Source: Takakia lepidozioides
Lineage: Eukaryota > Plantae > Bryophyta
Length of the DNA stretch: 64,000 nucleotides
Reading direction: 5' to 3'
NCBI GenBank assembly: GCA_030704615.1
Contig: CM060733.1
Location: 70,308,001 to 70,372,000 of the forward strand
Position numbers and translations under genes: made by a program. This document shows, piece by piece, positions 27,401 through 40,000 of the stretch; position 1 is the first letter of the stretch; each line of letters begins with the position of its first letter. The notes beneath the pieces are model-generated. The model was not told where the DNA came from. It ran no database searches and worked only from the letters and a program-made list of their open reading frames with translations.

Positions 27401-29393
27401 AGATGTGGTACCAGCCTAGCCCATAATTGCACTTACCTAGAGTAGGCAATGAGTGAAGACGGGGTTTGTGATGTTGATCGTCCAAGCTGGAATTAAACAA
27501 ATGTTGTTCTGAACTATGCCCTTGTGGACTTGTATGCCAAATTGGGGTGCATGGAGGATGATGATCCCAGGATATGCACAACAGCGGCACGGGATGGAGG
27601 CCCTTTGGAGAGGTCTATGAGCAAGTGGTGTGGGAAGGGATACTGCAGCGCAACCACATCGCGTTTGTTACATTTGCAACATGTGTGCAAGCCTGGCAGC
27701 CCTGCAAAATAGCAAAGAGGTTCGTGGTGGAATTGTACTAGATGTCGATCTGAACTTTGACATGATGCCAATGTGACAACAGGAAAATATCCAGAAACAG
27801 GTCACAGAGACGAGGAGAAGTTGTGGAATGGTGGGACAACCGAGGGAAAAATGTTAATGCCTGTTAGATTATAGAGGGCAGACGCAATTCAGCATAGGAA
27901 CTAGTGTGATAAGCTGAGTTGGGTGTTTCCTAGAACAAATGTAGGCTGTCATTATCAGCTGCAAGGCAAGGAAGTATGCATGATTTGTGCAGAAGCAGTG
28001 ATAGCTGAAAGAGCAGGGATAGAGTATGGGTCCAGATTCATCCAAGAGGGCCAGATTTCAAGCACATGATTACCTATGATTACCTGTGGATTTAGCTATA
28101 AGAAACCTGCATGGGTAGATGGTGAACTGGAAGCCGCAGGAGTAGCGGCACAATTGATAAAATCAAGCACTGCTAATAAAGGCACCTTCTTCAACACATT
28201 TCACCCTGTTTTTCCCTCTTATCAGAACCGGCCCTAAATTTCAATGTCTGCAAGTTAGCTGGTTGAGTGAATCTAGTTTGGAGTGACTTTGACATGATAT
28301 TGCCAATGTGACAACAGGAAAGTATCGAAAAACAGTTAACGGAGATGAGGGGAAGCTGTGGAATGAATACTTTTCTGACCCCAGTCAATGGTGGGACAAC
28401 CGAGGCAAAAAGGTAAATGCCTGTTGGATTACAGAGAGTAACAGATGCAATTGAGAATAGGAACTTGTGTGGTAAGTTGAGTTGGGTGTTTGCTGGAACA
28501 AATGTAGGCTGTCATTGTCAGCTGCTAACAGCAATGCAAGGATATATGCATGATCTATGCAGAGGCATGGATAGCTGAAGGAGCAGGGATAGAGTGTGGG
28601 TCCAGATCATCCAAGAAAGCCGGATTTCAAGCTCCAGATTACCGATGATTCCGTGTGGAAGGATAGCTACAAGAAACCTGCATGGGTAGATGGTCATGGG
28701 TAGATGGTCATGGGTAGATGGTAGATAGTTTGGAGTGACTTTGATATGATACTGCCAAAGTGACAATAAAAAAGTATCCATAAACAGGTAACAGTAGCAG
28801 ATGCAATTCAGCACAGGCACTAAGGCAAACTCTCCTTCCCCGTAAGGGTGTGTTTTGGTATCTGAGCGAATAAATATTTTATCTAAGAATATAATTTCAA
28901 AATTTCGTTATTTAATAATGTGCCACTGTCCCATGTTGGTCAGTAATAATAATTATAATAACAAATAATTATAATAATTATTTTAGTAATTATAATAACA
29001 ATAAAGTAAATCTACAACCCCCAACAGCGACGCGTGTCAATTGACATGAGGAACCACGTGTCAAAATCACGATGCGACACATGCTGACGTCTGATTCCCT
29101 CCTCTGCAGTCGGATGGCGTCGCAGTCTGACACGTGGCGTGTTCTGTAGAGAGCACGTGTCTCTATTACACAGCGGCTGACATGGACCCGTTCAGTCATT
29201 CAGTAATGCCAGCGTGTATGACTACCCCCACAGCTGCTCTGGCGCCACGTGACAGCCAGCCTGGAGAGTCATATCTGCCATGTCACAACTGACTAGGTCT
29301 TTACGTCTGCAGAGTCAGGAAGTCGTAAATGGCTTCCATGACTGCATTTGCAGTCATAACACAGAGACGTAAAAGCCGCAATTTGTTGTAGTG
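24483..29393. mobile_element. Non-autonomous CACTA (En/Spm) element carrying host-gene fragments (Pack-CACTA)
   Basis: The left end CACTACAACAGATTGCGGCTTTTACG and right end CGTAAAAGCCGCAATTTGTTGTAGTG are inverted repeats. A 3-bp TSD GAG lies at 24480-24482 and 29394-29396. There are subterminal gtcat/atgac repeats and no transposase. Confidence 0.9.
25470..28700 (+). pseudogene. Repeated OSB-type PDF-motif exon fragments mixed with PLS-PPR fragments inside the CACTA element
   Basis: WHEFLKDPSRWWDNRNRK (~25480), HPRGPDFKHMITYDYLWI (~28040) and KLWNEYFSDPSQWWDNRGKK (~28355). PPR remnants of the ALVDMYAKC type lie at 26790-27720. All are broken by stops or frameshifts. Confidence 0.7.
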
Positions 29394-29949
29394 GAGCTTT
29401 CAAGAGGCAGTGGACAACCATAGGTATGGTAGGAGGCAAATGCTATGTTTTTGAGTCCCAGCTACTGCTTCCGAATAGCCCATTAATGAAAGAGATAGGC
29501 ATCAACACAGGTGGTAATTCTGGGCTTGGATCATATCTAGATTCACTAGTCCCTAGCACAGAGAAACTTACTGCCACTGCTTGGCCAGTAATCTAGGGAC
29601 CTATTATCCAAGGATTAGGTGTTGACCTAAGGACCAAAATCAATGAAATCTAACTGTACAACAAAGATATTTTCTCTTGCCGTAAATGCATAATACAAAA
29701 TGTACCTGGAAGCATCATTCGATTAGGGACCCTCTCACAATCGGTTTTTTTTTTTTAGCAGCAACACCCAGTGAAGACGAAAGGCCTAGTCCATTGATGT
29801 TTGATTCAGGCCCAACTATGCTGATTGAGGAATGTCAAATTGGAGATGGCCCTTCACTTCCTGCTCACAATTGTTTTGTTCCTGTCATAAAAGCAGAGAA
29901 CCTCACATCAGAACGTATAGGCTTACAAATACATACAGATCCATATGCA

Positions 29950-32900
29950 CTTTTTCAGTGCTCAAATACTGGCATCGGCATCAGAATACACATGAGGTTC
30001 ACCTATCAGGTATCACCCATTCACAATCTCCAAAGCCTCCCTGCCAACCCAGTACATAAACAGAGTACACATAAGTTTCTTGCTTTGCATCCTCAATGCA
30101 CCCACATTAGGCATACATGTCCACCAGGGCAGAGTTCAGAATGACATCTGGTACAATTCCAGCTTTGACAATGTCAACATAGACCTCTTTGACCTTTTCC
30201 AGGGCTGCCAGGCTTGCACAAACATTGCAATCACACAAAAACGTGATGTGGTTGGGGCTTCACCCTTTCCCCCATCATTTGATCATAGGTCTCCAAATCC
30301 ACCATCCCACGTCCCTGCTCTACATACCCTGCGATGCTTGTGAGTGCGTACCTGCTTTCCAGCTTCCAGACCTTTTTGGCGTGAATCCACATCATTTGTT
30401 GGCACTAGGAAAGGGTTGAGACTGAGCTGCTCAACTACTCCCTGGTCTTACATAATGGGTTTACATAGTGTGCCAATCACAACATTTGGAGGCAAAGCCT
30501 CCATCCAGTGCCCCTGCTGTGCATACCCTGCAAGCATCGACTTCCACGACACCACATCAGCTCTGACAATGTTGCCATGGGCCTCTTTGCCCGTTTCTAG
30601 GGCTGCCAGGCTTGCACACGCACTACAACCGCACACAACCTGATCAGCCCAAAACCAATGGCCAGCCTCTCACTGTGGTGGCAAAGAGATTTTTTTTTTC
30701 CTCCTCCCCCACATCATGCAATACAAAGCGCGTGTCAGACACATACCCCGCCTCCTTTCATCTGCCCAAACAATCTTCTCAGCTCAGAATGGATTTCCTT
30801 AATTGGGATGCAACTTGTCATCTACAACAAGGTGTGCGTGTTGCCAACCCCAATGCAGCAGCGACCTGGCTCCTTTCTAACCCCTCTGACCTTCATCATT
30901 CTTCTCACCTTTGCAGTATCATCCCACCTGCCAGCTGCAACATACATGTTTGATAGCAACACATAAGTCGCGGCATCCTGTTCATCCCATTTGAGGATAG
31001 ATGTTGCCGCACGTTCAGCCATCTCCACATTGCCATGGATTCTGCAGGCACCAAGCAAGGCCTTCCACACCACAAGATCTGGATTGATTGGCATCTTATT
31101 AATCAGATCCATTGCCTCATCCAGTTGTCCCGCACGTCCAAGATTGTCCACCATACAGCCAAAGTGCTTTACTGTCAGAGTGACACCATGATCTTGATTT
31201 CTTTCATTCAGTAGGCCAGTGTGGCTGCTTGCAGAGAGAACACATATAAAGGTGAGACTGTCCGCCTTCAAGCCATTCTTTTGCATTTCATTCAAATAGT
31301 TGCAGGACCTCCCTATGACCATGCTGGGCATATCTTGCGATCGTCGCGTTCCACGACACCACATTTCGTTCAGCCATATTGTCGAACACTCCCTACGCAT
31401 CCTCAATGCACCCACATTTGGCATACATGTCCACCAGGGCAATGTACAATGGTAGCTTTGATGATGTCACCATGGACCTCTTTGCCCTTTTCCAGGGCTG
31501 CCAGGGTTGCACAGGCATTGCAAACGGAAACAAACGTGATGTGGTCGGGCTTCACCCCTTCCCCCATCATTTGCTCATAGGTCTCCAAAGCCTCCATCCC
31601 GCGCCCTTGCTGTGCATACACTGCAATCATCGCATTCCACGACAATACTGTCAAACACTCCCTCCGCAGCCTCGATGCACCCACATTTTGCCATGTCCAC
31701 AAGGGTATTGTTCAGAATCACATCTGGTACAATTCCAGCTTTTGCGATGCAACCATGCACCTCTTTGCCATTTTCCAGGGCTGCCAGGCTTGCACACGCA
31801 TTGCAAACGCACACAAACGTGATGTGGTCGGGCTTCACCCCTTCCCCCATCATTTGCTCATAGGTCTCCAAAGCCTCCACCCCACGTCGACCTGTTGTGC
31901 ATACCCTGCAAGCATCGCGTTCCACGACACCACATTTCATTCAGCCATATTGTTGAACACTGCCTTCGCATCCTCGATACTCCCACATTTGGCATACATG
32001 TCCATGAGGGCATTGCTCAGAATGACATTGGGTACAATTCCAGCTCTGACAATGTCGCCATGGGCCTCTTTGCCCTTTTCCAGAGCTGCCAGGCTTGCAC
32101 ACGCACTGCAAACGCACACAAACGTGATGTGGTCGGGCTTCACCCCTTCCCCCATCATTTGCTCATAGGTCTCCAAAGCCTCCACCCCACGTCCCTGCTG
32201 TCCCTATGTCTTCAGGTTGCCCACACAACGGGCAATTGCAATCCCTCTTTCCTCACTGCATCTGTTCAAAGGTAGGCTTGCAAACCCATTAAGAACACCA
32301 AGGATGATGACCTTGGGCATCACTCCCTCCCTTTGCATATGTTCATACATTTCAAAAGCTTCCCTAACACCCTCATGTTGAACATATCCTGTGATCATCG
32401 GATTCAAGGAGACCACATCTCGCTTAGCCATTATGTCAAATACTGAGAATGCATCCTTCATACTCCCACATTTGGCATACATGTCAACTAGAGTAGTCTC
32501 CAAAATGATATCTGGGACAATCCCAGCTTGGGTGATGTCAGCATGGACCTCTTTGCCCTTTTCCAGGGCTGCTTGGCTGGCACATGAATTGAAAATACAA
32601 ATGATCGTGACCCTGTTGGTTGTCATTCTGTCTAATTACATTTGCTTATAAATCTCCATGCAAGCTTCCATTCCACACCCATGCTTAGCATATCATGTGA
32701 TCATTATACTCCAGGTAAACATATCCCGTGCAGGCATTTGCAGAACATTTGGTGTGCATCCACCAGGCTCCCACACTTGGCATACATGTTGACAAGGGTG
32801 TTGAGCAGGAAGATGTTTGGCTTGAATCTGCTTTGGATAATGCGGGTATGGGCTTGCTTTCCCTCTACTAGGCTTTTCATTTTGACACAATCTGGCAACA

Positions 32901-33080
32901 AGCACACGTAAGTACTGCAGTCTGCCCAAATGTCGTGCTCATTTAAAATATGCAACACCCCTTGTGGTCTGCCCGTTTTCCATAGTGTCCTCACATCCCC
33001 ACAATTGACACAAGAGGTTGGTGGTGTGCTGATGGTGGAGGCAGTTCCCCTATTGCACAGGCCTGCCATCCTGCATAACT
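29950..33080 (-). pseudogene. PLS-class PPR pseudogene cluster including E/E+ and a truncated DYW domain
   Basis: Repeated LVDMYAKCG / GVKPDHITFV.VC.ACASLAALEKGKE.H motifs. E domain (VVWKALLGACRIHGN...YVLLSNMY...KEPG). GYVSDTRFVLHDV...HHSERLAIGFGLI at about 30640-30750. Many frameshifts. Confidence 0.9.
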
Positions 33081-33309
33081 CTAAATTCTTAGTTACAAAC
33101 TTTCCCATACAAATTTTCAAAGAAATCTCTCCATGACAACAGGCTTCGCGCTATCAAACCACCAGAGTCATCTAGAACGTACGAGTTAGAAGTCTTAAAA
33201 CAATACGCATTTGTTGACACGGAACAACATGGTTTACATTGACATTGGATCCCACCATCAGGTTGTGCTTGCCCTTGGATGATGGCAGCCAACTCTGCTT
33301 TCACCCAAG

Positions 33310-34005
33310 AAGGGTTTGACCATGAGACAACATCTTGTTGAGCCATATTGTCAAACACTTGACGCGCATCCTTTAGGCTGGCACACTTTGCATACATGTC
33401 CACAAGGGCAGTCTCGAGAATGAAATATGATATAATCCCAGCTTTGATGATGTCAGCATGTATCTTTTTCCCTTTCCTAGGGTTCCCAAGCTGGCACATG
33501 CATTGAGAATGCCATTGAACGTGACCATGTCAGGCATCACCCCCTCCGCTTGCATTTGCTCATCACATCTCCACATTGCCATGGATTTTGTAGGCACCAA
33601 GCAAGGCCTTCCACACCACAACATCTGGATTGATTGGCATCTTATTAATCAGATCCACTGCCTCATCCAGTTGTCATGCACGTCCAAGAAGGTCCACCTT
33701 ACAGCCAAAGTGCTTTTTGGAGTGACACCATGATCTTGACTCAGATAATGAAAGTAGCGTCTTCCTTCATTCAGTAGGCCAGTGTGGCTCCATGCAGAGA
33801 GAACACATATAAAAGTGACACTGTCCGCTTCAAGCCGTTCTTTTGCATTCCTTCAAATAGTTGCACGACCTCCCTATGACAACCATGTTGGGCATATCCT
33901 GCGATCATCGCGTTCCACGACACCACATTTTGTTCAGCCATACTGTCGAACACTCCCTCCGCATCCTCGATGCACGCACATTTTGCATACATGTCCACAA
34001 GGGTT
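33310..34005 (-). pseudogene. Additional rearranged PPR fragments
   Basis: TLVDMYAKCACIEDAEGVFDSMAEQNVVSWNAMIAGYAQHG and similar. Partly a duplicate of 31030-31440. Confidence 0.85.
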
Positions 34006-35634
34006 CTCTCCCATATCTTTCGCGAGCTCAGAAGCACATCGCGTGCTTCTGATAGTAGGAGAGACGACATAGGGTTGTCCCCCGATTATTCATCCGTGGA
34101 TGAAAAATAGTAGGACGAATCCATATACCCTGACGGATTTCATCCGTAGCAAGGTTAAAAATAGGTTTTGGGGTAGGGGTTAGGGTTTCCACCGTAATTA
34201 ATCATAATTAAGGGCAGCAAAGATCAATTCCATGCCATAATCATATCATCCATAGACAGATCATTTGTGTCAGGATGAAAAAGTAGGGAATATCATCCGT
34301 GGCAGCGCCTTACCTCCATCTAGGTAATTCTATCATTCCTTACCAGACCATCCGGTAGGGATAAAAAGAGTCAATAAAAGAGGAATGAAAAATTATCACC
34401 CTGGTAGTTTTTCATCCGGTACGGATGGAAAAACATGATGCTGTTTGGCAACCTCCATAGAGGTAATTCTTTTCTTCCATGGTGACTCATCCGGTATGGA
34501 TGAGAGTCAATAGAGGAGGAATAAAAAGGCCAAAGGTAATTCAGTGTCCATCCTGGTGGCTCATCTGGTATGGATGAAAAAGCCTGATAGAGGATGAGAA
34601 AACAAAGAATCAACATTGATAGCAACCTGCCAATTCCCAGTAGAGAGGGAAGATATTCATGTCATGTCAAGACATGGACAAGACCAACTAGGGGTCATTT
34701 GGACACCATCTAACATTTCCAGTCTTGTCATAACACACCAAGTGACGCTACCCATTCAGTCATGATAAAACACGGTGGGAGGGCGGGGTATGTTCATAAT
34801 CAGATTCATGTCATGTACCCAAGTGACCCTCTTGCACAATATAAGTCAGATTGCAACCTCAGATTATATCATCCATAGTTATCCATAAGATATGCACCAT
34901 GCAAGATATCATGGGCATATAAGAACTTCTTGCCACATTACAGATCCAAGATATGTATACACAAGTACCTTGAGGTGATCCAAGACAAGAATTATGCAAG
35001 GTAGGTAAGAACGGTTTGCCCTACAACACATTCAGTGAGTGTTCACACCGGCAGCAGGAAGGACCAGCCTGCAATTAATTACACTTCTGGCCTGCCACCA
35101 AGTACACTTCTTGGGCATGGTAAGCCATATTGCCGCTTCACATTTGGCCAAATGTAAGCACCCCAAAGCATGCATCGTGCAAGGCCTTCTGGGTATGTAA
35201 GAACAGTATGTCATTATATATATTCAGGACCTGTGCACATAGGACTCTTGCATGGAAGAAAGGTCTGTCCTGTCCCAACATCCAGATCTGGACACACATA
35301 CACTTTGAGTGTCCAAGACCAAGCCCACTTGGCCAAGATAAATCAAACAATGCAGGTGGCTGTTCAAATGGCAAAATAGAGTAAATAATCATTGGCCAGA
35401 GTCCTTTAGAGCTTACCATCACTGTATCACAGGAGGCTAATGCCATGTTTTGCAAATAGAACCTCACTATGCTCCATTCCACAACAAAACCAGGTCTGAA
35501 AATGGGCTGTCATTGCCTTATCAGGCTGTCTTCTTTAACAAAACTCAGGTCTCCTCATCCTTATAGCAAAACAACCATTTATGACTTGTCCCTTACACCA
35601 CGAATCCTCTTTTAAGGCCAAAAAGAAGGGGAAC

Positions 35635-37028
35635 TGTTAGAGGGCTGCTTGGGACTTAGACGCTTTTACGGGTTCTGTGGGGTACCCTTAATTTTTGCGC
35701 AGACTGAGACCAACAGGAGCCTTAGGGGTGGCAGCAGCAGGCTTTAGGGGGGTTACACAGCCCAACACAGCTTCACACAGCCAGTCACAGCCCGTCACAG
35801 CCAACACAGCCCGACACAGCCAGTCACAACCCACCACAGCTTCGCATAGCCCGACACAGCCCGTCACAGCCAGTCACAGCCCGACACAGCCGACACAACC
35901 TTACACAGCCAGTCATAGCTCGGCACAGCTTGACACAACCTGTCACAGTACATGGGGAACAGTTCTCATTGACAGGGAACGAATGTGAGGGAACGACATC
36001 TGTAGAAGGTGACATAGGACTCACCCTGGGGCGGAGACCTTGTGGTGGGAGTCGTGGGGAGTCTTGGGACTCATCACGGTCCATACGGGCCGTGGTGGGT
36101 GGGCCAAGACTCACCGCGACTCATCACCGGGAGTCGAGGGTGTTCGTGGTGGTTCGCCATAAAATGGCATGGTTGTTTGTGAAACCCCCGCGGACAGCTA
36201 TAAAAATATATATAGGGAGTAGTAACCCCAAGAACGGTGCAAGCCCATTGGTGACAAAAAACTAGTGAGTAAGCGAGTGAGCCGGAAAGCGACCAAAGAG
36301 TGGGGAGCTGTTCCGGACTGCCAACTACCAAAGGGAATTCTGCTGGTTCCAAATCGTTGGAGGGTTCTTTGGGAGATCATAGGGGGGACCGTTATGCCCC
36401 GATGAGCAGCCGGAGCTCCAAGTTGGCCCGACGGCCAGGTTGGGAGTTAGGCGCGCGCATCAAGCGAGTAACTATATGTGTTACTTCAGGGATGACGGTT
36501 AATTAGTTAGGTGGTTAGAACAGTTTGCGGGCAGATAAGGAGGGGGGCAACGGAAAGAAGGGGACACTTGAAAAGGAGCGCTTCTGGGTGAGGGGAAGAG
36601 GGGATCAGGCGGAGAGCGAGAACGAGAGCACAAAGAAGGAGAAAAGATGAACAGTAGATGCTTATTACATGCAGAGCTGTAGTGATATTGTAGGGCGGAT
36701 TAGAGACACCTTGACATTGGCCTGGTACCTGATAAATCATAATATGATATTTATTCGATACAAGCACACTGTGTAGAGAGACATGAGTGAAGCTGTGAAA
36801 TGAATGCATGATTAACTGGAACTAGCAATCATGCTTCAGTATCAGATAAGGTAAATTGATAACATGAAGGCAAGAAGGTATACAAATGGGAAGCACAACC
36901 ATGATTCACTAGCTGCGGTCATGATTGATTGTACTGAGCGGGCTGAGTGCTTAGAGATATCCAACTCTTCTATCTTGGAGTTTCCACCTCGGATAGCGAA
37001 GGGATGGGTGAGTTAAAGCTGCTCGACA
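35635..37028 (+). mobile_element. Probable 5' LTR of the non-chromovirus Ty3/gypsy element whose body starts at 43542 (left boundary uncertain)
   Basis: Ends in ...ctcgaCA and is followed by tttgg, the start of the PBS tggcgaccgtactggga that resumes at 43542. It contains a cacagcc repeat (35755-35950). Confidence 0.5.
36008..36475 (-). repeat. Inverted copy of the central ~470 bp of the chromovirus LTR (42849-43316)
   Basis: Base-by-base reverse-complement match with scattered substitutions. It includes the TATATATAGGG box. Confidence 0.9.
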
Positions 37029-37033
37029 TTTGG

Positions 37034-40000
37034 TATCGCGCACCTCACTTCGGTAAACTCCCCCCCCTCCCGCTAAGCTATCACCACCCCTTGTGGAGCC
37101 ACCCCCACCGCAACCCAGCGTGCGGGGCTCTACCTAGTGAGCGCCTCCGCCTCCTTGAGTGCCTTGGGCACTCAAGGGTGCTTCAGCCCCCCCCCATACC
37201 TATCGCTGCCACTGCCCCCACCACAGGGGCAGCCCCTCTTGTGTCCCGACCCCCTGCCCTCAAGGCAAAGGGCCGCGACACACACCCCTACCAACAGGGA
37301 GTCGATGTCCTCATCGGCTTGTCCATTTTGTGGAAACGAACATCCAAGTTGTGGCGTCCCACATCAAGGAGTTTGTTTCCGCACCATGGCGTCCCATGGC
37401 AAAGAACCAAACCCCACACTTGACTCTACTCTCCACTAGCTAGTTCGGCCGACTTCCTCCAAGTCCCGGCGTGGAGCCTCTCAAGCTCCTCCCAGTGCAC
37501 TCTTCTTGGCCTACTTCAAGGCCAAGGAACGATCCTCCCCGAGGATCGAATTGCCTTACTGCAACGACATTGCTTGCGACCGCTCATGATGCCGCTTTTG
37601 GCATCACCTTGAGCAAGGGTTCATCTCGAACCCTCTTTGACTAGGAAGATAACCTTGAACCAACCGCGTGCCCCAATCACTACAATTGGGTCCGCCTTGG
37701 AATGCTGGCCTGAGGTATGGGAACACGCTGAAGCCGCATTACGACTTCGTCCCAAGGCTACACGATTATAGTACGTGAACGGAAGCACGTAGCTTCCGCG
37801 TTAGCCCGCACTACAAAACAACCCCCTCGGTAGCGCAGTTAGAGTATGCGCACGCGCCAGGTGCGCACTAGCACGTGAACTCCTAAAGAAGGCGCAAGTT
37901 TCCTTGCCCCTTGGATGGGAGTCACCCGATTTCGGCACTGCGCAAACACATGATTAACCCAATTTACCTCTCCCACTTTTGTAAGCTAGCATGCATTCTA
38001 CACACTAGCCAACCACACCATATATCACCACTCCAAACAAAATAGGACGCACAGCATTTGGAACCCATTCCCTTTATAACAAATTTTTGTACAATACAAG
38101 TTTTTGCAATCGGATTCCTAAGCTAGCTAAACCGGGCTAAGCATGCATTTCCTCCCCCACGCTCCAAGGTTGATGTCCCCATCAACGCTTCTTCCGCTTT
38201 TGAGGTCGTCCTTCGAAAACTGCAACCGCCTCAGATGCGTTTCCCATTTCTGAGGCACGCACCCAAGATGCCCCCACATGATGATAGCCCTTCCATTTGA
38301 CGAGATACTCCGTTTCTCGGTTCTTGAACCTCCTCGACTTAAGTACTGCCTCCACCTCGTACTCAGGTTCATTTTCATGATCCAACAACACAGGTGGCGG
38401 ACGCAACACTTGATGCCAATTCGGACGCGCTTCATCTTTGAAGTAAGGCTTCAAAAGGTAGACGTGGAATACTGGATGCACCTTGCTGTTTGCCGGCAGC
38501 TCCAATTCATACACATCCTCATTCATAACCTTCCGGATGCGAAAGGGTCCCGCATACAGAGGTACAAACTTTGGACTCACATCCGGAGGTAGTCGGAAAT
38601 TCTTGATGTTCAACCAGACCTCCGTGCCTGCCTCAAACTTCACTTCCCTCCGCTTCTGATTCGCCTGCCTTTTATACCGTTTCCTAGCTTTGGCAATGTT
38701 GTATTTTGCGAGCTTCAATAAACGCTCGCGTTCTTCTAGTACCGCCGCTACTGCCGGTTCCTCAACGTCTTGGGCGGCCCAACTTGTCGGCACCAGAGGT
38801 GCTTTTCCATAGACCAATACGAAAGGGGAAACTCCCGTTGCGGAGTGTTCTGTGTTATTATAACAGAACTCTGCCGCATCTAAGTGTTCCACCCAGTCTG
38901 TTTGGTCTGCCGACACGTAATTCCGCAAGATCTGCTTCACTACGGAATTCACTCATTCTGTTTGGCCGTCGGTCGTAGGTCGGAAGGCGGTGCTCATCTT
39001 CAGCCTTGTCCCCATCTTCTTCCAAAGTGCCCTCCAAAATTTACTCGTAAACTTTGGATCGCGGTCCGAGACAATATCCTTCGGGACTCCATGATGCTTT
39101 AAGACGTGGGCGAAGTAAAGTCGCCCTGTTTCCTGTGCCGTTCCCGTATCCATGGTGGGGATGAAATGGCCCATTTTACTGAACCTATCCACCACCACCA
39201 TGATTGCATCGAATCCTTTTGACAGCGGCATAGCAGTCATGAAATCCATCGAGACGTTTTCCCAAGTCCCTCTGGAATCGGCAAGGGTTGTAACAGCCCC
39301 GCTTGCTTTTTGTACTCGCTCCGGTTTTGTTGGCATGTGGTGCATGTCTTGACATACTCCTCTGCCTCCTCCCTCAGTTTGGGCCAGAAATACTCTTTCT
39401 TCAAGAGTGCCGCAGTGCGCTTGGCTCCGCCGTGGCCCGCAAGCGGGCTATCGTGGCATTCTCTCAAGAGGCTATCTCTGATCCCTCCCTTCGGCACGTA
39501 GAGACGCTTTTGCTTATACCGGAGCAGTCCATTTTGCAAGTGGAACTGCGATTTAACCCCCCTCCTCAAGTCCTGCATCACGGACTTCGCCAGCTCATCC
39601 TTCCGGCAAGCCTTCCGGATCTTCCTTTGGAGCGCCGTCTCACCCCTGTACACCAACAGGAGCTGCTGCTTTCTACTTAAAGCATCGGCCACCACGTTGT
39701 CCCGTCCTGGTTTGTACTGGATATCCACGTCGAACACCGCCAAGGTATCTTGCCACCTAAGTTGTTTTGGGGACAACTTGGGCTGCGTGGCAAAATACTT
39801 CACCGTGACATTGTCCGTGAACACCTTCACTGGGTTGGAACCAACATAGTGGCGCCAAAGCTCAAGACAGTGCACCACCGCCTTCGTCTCTTTCTCGTGC
39901 ATCGGCCACCGTCGCTCCACTTCATTCAGTTTCTTACTTTTGTAAGCCACTAGACGTCCATCTTGCATCAGTACACCCCCAATCGCGAAGTCCGACGCAT

